DNA of 64,000 bases from Candidatus Kryptoniota bacterium (GTDB lineage Bacteria > Bacteroidota > Ignavibacteria > Kryptoniales > JAKASW01). The position numbers were made by a program, and so were the translations under genes. The stretch spans positions 181 through 64,180 of the forward strand of contig JBJKQU010000030.1 in the NCBI GenBank assembly GCA_046705025.1, written 5' to 3'. Positions within the stretch are counted from its first letter, which is position 1. The number at the start of each line of letters is the position of its first letter. A model generated the notes under the pieces. That model did no database searches and was not told the origin of the DNA. It was given only the letters and a program-made list of their open reading frames with translations. Positions 27,232-36,600 of this stretch are shown piece after piece.

Positions 27232-27452
27232 ATGCGATATACCTCATTGTGGTGGAGTCTGCTTGTGTGGAGCGGCAGCCGAAAAAGCGGAAGCTTCTCC
27301 GGCATCAAGATAAAAACATTCGATCCGGTATTCCGGAATTTACCGGTGTTTGATGGGACACTTCTAAATTCGCAAGCCCCCGCACCTGTAAACATTCGGA
27401 CGAAGCTGCGGAAAGCACGCAGGCAGCAGTGAAGTCTCCGGCGTGCAGGTAA

Positions 27453-29138
27453 CTACGACTTGAACTCTTCCGTTACATCCCGCTTCATGCCGCTCGAGTA
27501 CACCTTGAACGAGTTCACGGGAACCGTCGAGTTGGATTCCAGCTTGATTATCAGCTTGTTCTTCCACATCAGCGAAAACAAGTGGCTCGGACTGCCTTCC
27601 CGCAGGTATGAAGCAAGATAGGGATGAACCGTGAATTTCAGCACCCTGCCCCGGCCTTCCTCCTTGAACTTCCCAAGCCATCCCGAGATTTCGGTCAATA
27701 CCGTCGCACGGCTCTGAACGATTCCTGTTCCGGCGCAAACCGGGCAGGTTTCGCTGAAAGACTGCATTATGTTCTGCCGGATCCGCTGTCTTGTGATTTG
27801 TACGAGGCCGAACTCCGTCATTGGAAGCACAGTGGCCTTTGCCCTGTCCCTGCGGAATTCCTTCCGAAGCTCTTCGTATACCTTTCGTTTGTTTCTCTCG
27901 TCTTCAAGGTCTATGAAATCGACGACGATGATGCCGCCGATATCGCGGAGCCGGAGCTGCCGTATGATTTCACGAGATGCCTCGAGATTAGTCCGCAGAG
28001 AGTTTTGCTCCTGCTCTTTACTCGCCGCGTACCGGCCGCTATTGACATCTATTACCGTCATCGCTTCAGTAACGTCGATCACGAGATAACCGCCAGTCTT
28101 CAGCGGCACGCGACGACCCAACGACTCCTGCATATCCTTGGCGACACCGAACACTTCGAATATGGCTTGCTTGCCGCGATAATATTCTATTTTATCGACG
28201 AGCGTCGGAGCAAACCACTTCACGTAGGTCGTGATTTCCTTGTATAGCCTTCGCGAGTCTACGATGACCCTCTGAACGTCGTTGTTGAACAAATCCCGGA
28301 TCACGCTGGAAACAGTGGAGAGGTCCTTGTAGAGCAAAACGGGCGGCTGCTCAGTCTTCACACTCTTTTCAATCTCACGCCACGTCTTAATCAGCTGTTC
28401 GAGATCGTTTTTCAAGAGCTCTTCTTCTTTCCCCTCGGCGACGGTCCTGATGATGACCCCGAATCCTTCGGGCAGCATGCTTCTGATGATGCGGCGAAGC
28501 CTCTTCTTCTCCCTGAAATTGTACAGCTTCTTTGATACCCCTATACGGCCGTCGAAGGGAAGGAGCACAAGGTACCTTCCCGGAAGAGACACTTTGCTTG
28601 TTACACGAACCCCCTTCTTGCCGACGGGCTCCTTTGTTACCTGGACGATGATACTTTTCCCTCGCTCCAGGTGGATTTCCCTCTGAGGGAATCGCTGGGG
28701 TCGCTGTGAAAATTGTTGGCGGGAACCGTTTTGAGGCCTTCCCTCGGTAACCTTTGGATGGGCTGTCTGTGTCCCGGTCGAACCCGAATAGGAAGAATCG
28801 CGCGCGCCTGCCCCCCCTTCAGAAACCCTGGTGGGAACTTCGGTATCCTCGTCATCCTCTTCATCGATTTCAGAATCTTCCTCTCCAATCAGAGAAGAGT
28901 ATTCATCTATGTTCGGGTCGACGTCGGAAAAATGCAGGAAAGCATCCTGCTTATGACCTATGTCTATGAAGGCTGCGCGGATACCGGACATAACCCGGGC
29001 AACGCTGCCGAAGTAAATGTCCCCGACCATCCGTTCCTTACCGGGCGATTCGACGAAAATCTCCGCCAACTTTCCGTCTTCGGTAATAGCGATCCGGATC
29101 TGGTCGGCAGTCTCATTGATTATAATCTCCTTTTTCAT
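27453..29138 (-). CDS. rng: Rne/Rng-family ribonuclease (RNase G/E)
   Basis: N-terminal S1-like domain (GDIYFGSVARVMSGIRAAFIDIG). Catalytic core motifs GGYLVIDVTEAMTVIDVNSG and GGIIVVDFIDL. Zn-link-like CPVCAGTG. Confidence 0.85.
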   Translation of the reverse strand: MKKEIIINETADQIRIAITEDGKLAEIFVESPGKERMVGDIYFGSVARVMSGIRAAFIDIGHKQDAFLHFSDVDPNIDEYSSLIGEEDSEIDEEDDEDTEVPTRVSEGGAGARDSSYSGSTGTQTAHPKVTEGRPQNGSRQQFSQRPQRFPQREIHLERGKSIIVQVTKEPVGKKGVRVTSKVSLPGRYLVLLPFDGRIGVSKKLYNFREKKRLRRIIRSMLPEGFGVIIRTVAEGKEEELLKNDLEQLIKTWREIEKSVKTEQPPVLLYKDLSTVSSVIRDLFNNDVQRVIVDSRRLYKEITTYVKWFAPTLVDKIEYYRGKQAIFEVFGVAKDMQESLGRRVPLKTGGYLVIDVTEAMTVIDVNSGRYAASKEQEQNSLRTNLEASREIIRQLRLRDIGGIIVVDFIDLEDERNKRKVYEELRKEFRRDRAKATVLPMTEFGLVQITRQRIRQNIMQSFSETCPVCAGTGIVQSRATVLTEISGWLGKFKEEGRGRVLKFTVHPYLASYLREGSPSHLFSLMWKNKLIIKLESNSTVPVNSFKVYSSGMKRDVTEEFKS

Positions 29139-29739
29139 AAAGACCTGCTCTAATCTTTTTAATCGGAGAAAGATTCGGACTGCCTTCCAGAGTTTTACGC
29201 TGTATCACTAGATCCCGATTTGCCGAAAGATCGTCAGAGTGCCAATGTAAGCGGCGCCCGGGCGGGTCGTCGCCTTCCGTTGCCCTTATTGTCATCCCTT
29301 TGCAGGTTAAATTGGCTCCGTAAATGATGGGGATACGATACGAACCTGCCGCCGCAAAGATTAAAATCAGGAAGAGCGAAATGTAATCCTCTCTAATGAG
29401 CGGTTCCCCGGCCATTCTGCCGGATGAGCCCTCAGACACTCTTCCCGAAACACTCGACACACTCTTGGCAAAACCCTGGATACAGTCTTTACCGACTCCA
29501 ATAGTTTTGAAATATAGTTTTGAAATTTGATCCGACGATAGTCGGTGTAGGATTCCCGCTTCCCAAAAAGCTGAAATTGAATACCGGATAAACAGCACAG
29601 CTGCCAGCGAGCTAGCAAACACGCGCCCCAATTTGTCCTCCTCTAACTTGTGGCCCGCAGCGCTGTAAATATTTAGCACGGAACTTTCCGATAAATGATG
29701 AACACATTTCACATATGCCCTTGTTCGGCAAAGAGCCAA
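29113..29739 (-). CDS. hypothetical protein (weakly supported ORF)
   Basis: It is the only long ORF between rng and the tRNA. It has two hydrophobic segments, no recognised motifs and no obvious RBS, and overlaps the rng start by 26 nt. Confidence 0.25.
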   Translation of the reverse strand: MALCRTRAYVKCVHHLSESSVLNIYSAAGHKLEEDKLGRVFASSLAAVLFIRYSISAFWEAGILHRLSSDQISKLYFKTIGVGKDCIQGFAKSVSSVSGRVSEGSSGRMAGEPLIREDYISLFLILIFAAAGSYRIPIIYGANLTCKGMTIRATEGDDPPGRRLHWHSDDLSANRDLVIQRKTLEGSPNLSPIKKIRAGLYEKGDYNQ

Positions 29740-29929
29740 ATCCAGGCTGCTCCTCCGAACGGCAGAAATAAGGCTGTGAAAAAGATGAGGCCAAGCTTAC
29801 TGTGTCACACGGTCAGTACGCTTGCCGTTGCTTCCTTCCGGACCTGGCGGGGTTCGGCAACTTTCCGTTGCACAGGACTTGACCTCAAAAATCTATTCCT
29901 TAGCCCTCAACGATTTAAAAACTCTAACG

Positions 29930-30003
29930 TGGAGCAGAGGGGGATCGAACCCCCGACCTCCAGAGTGCGATTCTGGCGCTCTCCCAAACTGAGCTACTGC
30001 CCC
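29930..30003 (-). tRNA. tRNA-Ala (anticodon CGC)
   Basis: I folded the cloverleaf by hand. Acceptor GGGGCAG/CTGCTCC with the G3:U70 alanine identity pair. D arm GCTC-AGTTTGGGA-GAGC. Anticodon arm CCAGA-ATCGCAC-TCTGG (CGC). T arm GGGGG-TTCGATC-CCCCT. Discriminator A; CCA is not encoded. Confidence 0.9.
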
Positions 30004-30285
30004 GCACTGTCTTTGCGATATTCGGAGAACGCTTGTTTTCTGCCGAAAAACGCACAGTCTGTAGTAATTCCAATTACAATTTAACAATGTCGATAAAAGA
30101 GTGCAAATCGCAAGGGGGCAAAAGGCAACGGGGGCAAGAAGAGCACCTGTCAAACTAAACTCCCTTTATGGGGGGATCCAAGCCCGCCGGACGGCCTCCT
30201 CAGATACTTTGACCCCGGCTTTTTGGCGGTCTCGACTCCCGTTCGGTTTCCTTCAGTTCCTGCCCGCCTGCGTGCGTGCTATCAG

Positions 30286-31281
30286 TCACTCCCCCAGTCT
30301 TTTCCCCGGAACAAGGTAGTTCTTCACATAGTCCGAGACAGCTTCGTCCAGGCTCGTTATCGGCTTGGAGTAGCCCGCTTTCCTGATCTTTGAAATATCC
30401 GCTAGAGTGTGGTACTGATACTTGTCACGAATTGAGTCGGGCATCTCGACATACTCGATGTTCTTCGGTTTCCCCAGCCCGCTGAAGATTGCCGAAGCGA
30501 GTTTGTTCCACGTATTCGCGAGGCCGCTCCCGACATTGAACAGCCCGCCGACGTCGTGCTTGTCGAGGAAAAAGAGAGTCATCTCAACGGCGTCCTTCAC
30601 GTAGATGAAATCCCGGACCTGTTCGCCGTCCTTGTAATCCGCCCGGTATGATTTGAAGAGCTGCATCTTGCCCGAGGCCTTGATTTGTTCAAAGGCTTTA
30701 AGCACAACCGACCGCATGTCCGCTTTGTGATATTCGTTCGGCCCGAAGACATTAAAGAATTTGAGTCCGACTATTCTGTCGAACAGGCCATGCCATATCG
30801 CCCATTTATCGAACATCTGTTTCGAATAGCCGTACATGTTGAGCGGTCTCAACTGATCCACCTGCTTTTCGTCGTCGGTGAATCCCTTACTCCCGTCGCC
30901 GTACGTCGCAGCGCTGGAAGCATATATGAATCGCGAGCCTTCGTTGACCGCGACAGCAGCGAGCTGTTTTGTGTATTCAAAATTGTTCTGCGCAAGGTAA
31001 GTTGCATCGCGTTCCATCGTGGACGAGCAAGCTCCCATGTGTATTATGGCTTCTATCGGTTCTCTGTCGGATCTCAGCCTCGCAGCAAGCCTTTGATTTA
31101 TGGCGAGACTCAGGAATTCGTCTTTCTCCATGTAATCATGAAACTTCAAAGGAACGAGGTTCTTCCATTTCTCGTCCGTACTCAGATTGTCAACGACAAG
31201 GATATCGTCCTTGCCGAGCTGGTTCAGTCTCCAAATAATTGCGCTGCCAATGAACCCTGCGCCACCCGTTACGATAATCAT
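30286..31281 (-). CDS. hldD: ADP-L-glycero-D-manno-heptose 6-epimerase
   Basis: MIIVTGGAGFIGS..DILVVDNL, HMGACSST, YASSAATYG, YGYSK, and FNVFGPNEYHK are collinear with E. coli HldD as I recall it. Confidence 0.85.
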   Translation of the reverse strand: MIIVTGGAGFIGSAIIWRLNQLGKDDILVVDNLSTDEKWKNLVPLKFHDYMEKDEFLSLAINQRLAARLRSDREPIEAIIHMGACSSTMERDATYLAQNNFEYTKQLAAVAVNEGSRFIYASSAATYGDGSKGFTDDEKQVDQLRPLNMYGYSKQMFDKWAIWHGLFDRIVGLKFFNVFGPNEYHKADMRSVVLKAFEQIKASGKMQLFKSYRADYKDGEQVRDFIYVKDAVEMTLFFLDKHDVGGLFNVGSGLANTWNKLASAIFSGLGKPKNIEYVEMPDSIRDKYQYHTLADISKIRKAGYSKPITSLDEAVSDYVKNYLVPGKRLGE

Positions 31282-31299
31282 TTAATTAATTCCTTTTTT

Positions 31300-32475
31300 C
31301 TAATCATACCTTGTAAAATACTTACCGGGAAGCTGTTTGACAACTCCTTTCAACTCCAGGCTCAGAAGCTGCACCAAAAGGTCGGATATGGTCATGCCGC
31401 ACTTTTCTGCCAGGACATCGACATGAAACGGTTCTTCAGTGAGGACATCGAAAACCTTCTGCTCAAAAATAGTCAGCTGCACCCTCGTTTGCGGCTTTGG
31501 TGATACTTTCAATAGCGGCTTCAACTTGTAGCGAAGCTCGTCTATCACATCCGATACATCCTCGACCAGCTTTGCCTGCCCTTCTTTAATCAACTTGTTG
31601 GTACCCCGGCTCTTTCTCTCGAGCAGATTTCCCGGAACTGCGAAGACTTCCCTGTTCTGGTCGAGCGCAGTGCCGGCGGTTATCATTGCACCGCCGTTAA
31701 TATCTGTCTCGACCAGAATCGTCCCGAGTGTCATGCCGCTGATGATTCTGTTCCGCCGCGGAAAGTTCATTGCGTCCGGTTTGGCACCCATATAATACTC
31801 GGACACTAGCGCGCCCGACACGATCATCTGCTCTGCGAGCCTCCTGTTTTCACCCGGGTAAATAACGTCCACTCCGCTTCCGAGTACGGCGATCGTCCGC
31901 CCTCCGGAGCGCACCGAAGTAGAATGCGCGATAGTGTCGATTCCCCGTGCAAGTCCGGATACGACCGTGATCCCCTGTTCGGAAAGCTCGGCCGCAAACT
32001 TTTCGGCTATGCGCTTGCCGTATGTCGTAGGGTTCCTCGTTCCAACAACAGCAATCGAATATTTATCGACATTTGAGATCGCACCTCTCGTGAACAGTAA
32101 CACGGGAGGATCGTATATCCTCTTCAGGTTTTCCGGGTAATCCTTGTCCCAAAAAGTAATGAGCCGGGCCTCCGACCTGTTCAGCCTGGAGAGCTGGGTC
32201 TGTATCTCTTTCTCAAAGCCGCCCGAGGAGATTATCTTTCTAGCAGTACTATGATCAATACCTTCTACGGCAATGAGTTCACGCTCACCGGCGGCAATAA
32301 CTGACTCGGGGTCGCCGAAGTGATTCACAAGTACACGCATCCTTGTGGCACCGATACCCGGCACCATCGACAGACCCAACAGCGCCCTGACATCCATACG
32401 GTGTTTACCAGCTTCCTTCTTGATGGCCTTGCCTTCTATGATAAAACAATACTGAAGCTCTTGGAACCAGAGCAA
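31300..32475 (-). CDS. dprA: DNA-processing protein DprA (Smf)
   Basis: VVSGLARGIDTIAHS, IAVLGSGVDVIYPGENRRL, and FPRRNRIISG, with a C-terminal winged-helix-like tail. An alternative start is ATG 32397 (MDVRALLGL). Confidence 0.85.
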   Translation of the reverse strand: MLWFQELQYCFIIEGKAIKKEAGKHRMDVRALLGLSMVPGIGATRMRVLVNHFGDPESVIAAGERELIAVEGIDHSTARKIISSGGFEKEIQTQLSRLNRSEARLITFWDKDYPENLKRIYDPPVLLFTRGAISNVDKYSIAVVGTRNPTTYGKRIAEKFAAELSEQGITVVSGLARGIDTIAHSTSVRSGGRTIAVLGSGVDVIYPGENRRLAEQMIVSGALVSEYYMGAKPDAMNFPRRNRIISGMTLGTILVETDINGGAMITAGTALDQNREVFAVPGNLLERKSRGTNKLIKEGQAKLVEDVSDVIDELRYKLKPLLKVSPKPQTRVQLTIFEQKVFDVLTEEPFHVDVLAEKCGMTISDLLVQLLSLELKGVVKQLPGKYFTRYD

Positions 32476-32484
32476 CGGAGCGAG

Positions 32485-33609
32485 CTACGAGTCCCCGTGA
32501 TCGACAGGAATGACTATTGTAAATTTCGTCCCTTTCCCGAGGGTAGATTCCACGAAAACTCTGCCGCCGTGCGCCTCTACCACACGTTTGACAATCGTTA
32601 ATCCGAGTCCGGTGCCCTTTTGGCGAGTCGACCTGCCGCTTTGCACCTGCCTGTATCTGTCGAATATAAGAGGGATCTCCTCGGCTGACAGCCCGACTCC
32701 GGTGTCCTCGACGTCCATCGCTGCATAGTCTCCCTTGAGTGTCGGGAGCTCGTCGTCGAAATGCTTGACGTAAGTTCGCACCGTTACGGTTCCGTCCTTC
32801 GGGGTAAACTTGATAGCGTTGCTTACAAGGTTCGTAACGCCCTGGTCGATCTTGTCGCTGTCATACTCACACACCGGGATATCTTTACCCTCCTCCATGA
32901 CAAGAGTCACGCACTTGTCTCGGGCAAGCATTCTCAGACGAGTGACAGCACCTACAACTACCGCATTAAAATCGCCCGGCTGCTTGTTCAATTGCAGCTT
33001 CCCTGCTTCGAATTTCGCGACGTCCAGTATATTGTTTATCAAACCTAACATCTTGTGCGAGTTCTTCAACGCCGATTCGAGGAGCTCCTTCATTTCCTGC
33101 GGATGCTCGTCAAACTCGCCCTTCACTCCCAGTTCGAGGACACCGATGATCACCGACAACGGGCTGCGCAGGTCATGAACTAGCATGGATTGGAAATCGG
33201 CCTTCAACTGCTCAACCTGCTTCTCAGCTTTGACGATCCTCAGGATTGAGCGGACTCTCGCAATGAGTTCATCCTGTTCAATCGGCTTCGTCAGATACTC
33301 GTCCGCGCCCAGCGAAAATCCCTGCTCGATACTCTTGGCATCCTTGGAGTTCGCTGTAAGAATAATCACCGGGATATCCTTGGTCATCTCGTTTTCCCGG
33401 AGATGCCTGAGTGTTTCGAAGCCGTCCATCTCCGGCATGGCGACGTCCAGGATTATCAAATCCGGAAGAAGCATGCTGCTTTGGGACAGGCATTCCTTTC
33501 CGCTTGACGCACTGACGACGTCGAACCCCTGCCTCTTCAGAAGCCTGTCCAGCAAGATCAGGTTGTCGAGCGCGTCGTCTACTGCTAAGATGCGTTGTCG
33601 CTTTTCCAT
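32485..33609 (-). CDS. response-regulator receiver fused to histidine kinase (REC-HisKA-HATPase_c)
   Basis: REC domain: ILAVDDALDN..PDLIILDVAMPEMDGFE..ILTANS. H-box VHDLRSPLSVI. HATPase GTGLGLTIVKRVVEAHGG. Confidence 0.85.
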   Translation of the reverse strand: MEKRQRILAVDDALDNLILLDRLLKRQGFDVVSASSGKECLSQSSMLLPDLIILDVAMPEMDGFETLRHLRENEMTKDIPVIILTANSKDAKSIEQGFSLGADEYLTKPIEQDELIARVRSILRIVKAEKQVEQLKADFQSMLVHDLRSPLSVIIGVLELGVKGEFDEHPQEMKELLESALKNSHKMLGLINNILDVAKFEAGKLQLNKQPGDFNAVVVGAVTRLRMLARDKCVTLVMEEGKDIPVCEYDSDKIDQGVTNLVSNAIKFTPKDGTVTVRTYVKHFDDELPTLKGDYAAMDVEDTGVGLSAEEIPLIFDRYRQVQSGRSTRQKGTGLGLTIVKRVVEAHGGRVFVESTLGKGTKFTIVIPVDHGDS

Positions 33610-36600
33610 TTCTTTCTCTGAATGAATTTATTCACCTCGCGTAATATTATTTCTCTCGTCAATCCTTCTTTTCGGACAATATTTTTAATCTTTGAGGTGA
33701 TCTTCGCACGCTCGTCGGCACTTACCTCCTTCGCCGTCAGGACAACTATCGGGACTTCCCTCAGCCTCTCGTCTCCGTACATCTTCTCGACAACTTCAAA
33801 CCCGTCCATTTCGGGCATCAAAAGATCGAGAAAAACCAGAGATGGCGTGGTATTCTGGAGGACATCGATTGCTTCGAGCCCGTTTCGCGCCGTATGAATA
33901 GTGAACCGACTCCTCTCCAGAAGATTGCGAAGGAAATTCGTGAAATCTTCGTTATCATCCACAACGAGTATCTCGCCACCTTCTGTACCTGTATGCCTCC
34001 TTATGATCGTAATTATCTTCTCGGCCTCGACAGGCTTGACCAGATACGATTCGGCGCCCAGCGAAATCGCCAGAGCCTTGTTCTCGACCACCGAATGAAT
34101 AACCACGGGAATATCCTTCAGCTCCGGATCGTACTTCAGCTCCTGCAGAATCTGCCAGCCGTCCTTCTTCGGCATCATGATGTCGAGAGTGACGAGCACA
34201 GGCTTGTATCGCCTGACGATGTCGACCGCGTCGCGCGAATCGCTCACCCCGTAGAACTCGAACCCTTCTGCGACAAGATGGTTCTTCAACAGGAGGAGGA
34301 CCTCAGGGTCGTCGTCGATGCATACGACCAGGTTGCTCATTTGCGACGATACAGTAGGGGCAGGAGGAGCCGGCACCTGCTCTTTCTCACCAGATTCTTC
34401 GGAGATCCGGTAGACTGTAGGCACGGTAAGAGTGAACGTCGAGCCTTTTCCTACCCCGCTGCTGACGGTTAAGTCCCCGCCCAGCATTCTCGCCAGTCTG
34501 CGAGAAATAGCCAGCCCTAGTCCCGTTCCGCCGTGCTTCCGGGTGTTTGAACCGTCCACCTGCCTGAACTCCTCAAATACTACCTCTAGGTATTCAGATG
34601 GGATTCCCGGACCGCTGTCTTCTACTGAAAGGGAAACGAAGTTCTCATCGAGCATCCTGGCAGCTACCCTTATGTGGCCTTTCTCGGTGAACTTGGCTGC
34701 GTTGCTCAGCAGATTCAGGACGATCTGCTTTATCCTCGCGGGGTCGGAATAGAGCATCGGGATACCCGGATCAATTTCGCTCACCAGCATGACCGACTTG
34801 TCGGCTATGAGCGGCTCCACTGTTGCCAGTGTGTCCCCCACAACCATCTCGATGCCGAATTGCTCCGGGGTGATCGACAGCTTTCCGGCCTCGATCTTCG
34901 ACAAATCCAGAATATCATTTATCAGCGCAAGAAGATTCTTCGCGTTCCGCAAAACGATCTCGAGTCCCTCTTTCTGTTCTTCTGTCGGAGGATTGGTATC
35001 ATCGGTCAGAATCAAATTGGTGAACCCGATTATGGAATTAAGCGGGGTCCGCAGCTCGTGACTCATGTTGGCAAGAAACTGGCTCTTAAGACGGCTTGCC
35101 TCTTCCAGCTGCTGGTTTGCCCGCACAAGCTGAGCGTTAGCCTCCTCAACCCAGATCTTCGACATTCTCAGCTGTTCGTTGGAATCTTCAAGTTCCCGGG
35201 ATTTCTCCACAACATCAGAATAGAGAAACGCATTCTCGACTGCGGCTCCGACAACCCGCGAGATCATAAGGAAGAATTCCTTGTCGGTCTCGTTGAAAGC
35301 AACTCGCTCTTTCGAGCCGGCCAGCAGAAGGCCGTGCAGCTCTCTGCGCCCCGCAATCGGAACAATAATCACCGACCGGATCCATTCTTCGCGCAAAGCC
35401 TTGAAGAGCTTCGGCTGACGACTTGCTTCTGAAATTTCCGGGATTATGACCGGTTCGCCATATCTTAATGCGTCCGCAAAAAATTCTTCGCCTAAGGCAA
35501 GGTCTCTGACTCGTTCATCCCTCTCGAAGGACTTGCCGAAGCCGAGTGAGGAGGACAACATCAACGTTCCGGAGTCACTCTCGGAAAGGTATACGGCAGC
35601 GGCGGTAATCTCCTCGTACTCGGTCATGCTTGTCAGGCTCTTGTTCAGGATTTCCACCACATCAAGGGCATCCTTGACCGCCAGAGCGGTTCTGTTGATT
35701 ACCGAAAGCCTTCTGTTTTGTTTTCTGATCGCGAATTCATTTTCCTTTTGGCTGGTTATGTCCCGGTTGATGAATACGCTTCCCGTCGCATCTCCGTCCG
35801 AGCTTCGGACTAATGCCATCGATGAATCGATGTATAGCCGGCGACCGTCCTTTGAATAATTGACGGCTTCTCCTCGCCACAGGCTCTTTTTCTGCATCTC
35901 CACCTGCAGCATTTCCTTCGTTATTCCACTGAACCCGAACGGTATTATCTCCTCCAGTGGGAGTCCGATTACTTCATTCTCCTTCCAGCCGTACAATCTT
36001 TCAGCCGCCGGGTTCCAGGACGTTATTAGCCCGTCATGATCGGAAGCTATGATTGCATCGTTCACCTCGCTTAGCAGCATCGCTTGGTAGGCTATACGCT
36101 CGTCGCTCTTCTTCCTCTCAGTTATATCGCTGAAGATAGCCACTGCCCCGTTTATACCCCCGCCTGTTTCCAGAAGCGGTGCCGCGCTGATAGATAGGAT
36201 ACGGTCCTTTCCATATCTGGTAATGGTAAACTCAAAATTACGAACGCTCTTGCCGTCAATAGCCGACCGCCTTATCGGATTCTCGTCATCGGACAGGGGA
36301 GAACCGTCAAGCTTCCTCATGTTGAGAGTATCGGCGTACTCTTCGAATCCAACTTCCATGACTTCTCTTATCCCGAAGACTTCTTTGCCCCCTTCATTCA
36401 TCAACAATATCTTACCGTGCCTGTCTACTAGTGCAATTCCCTCTGCGGCGCTTGCAAAGATCTTTTCGAGCTGATCAGCCTGCTCGGCAACCCTCGCACC
36501 CAATTTCAGCCTTTGCATGCCCACCGCAAGCTCAGACGCCGCGGCCGAGGCCAATTCAGATTCGAACCGAGCATTGCCTCGTGAAGCGACAGATACATAC

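Noticed and set aside
29695-30084. 129-aa plus-strand ORF
   Set aside because: It runs straight across the tRNA-Ala gene on the opposite strand and is a translation artefact.
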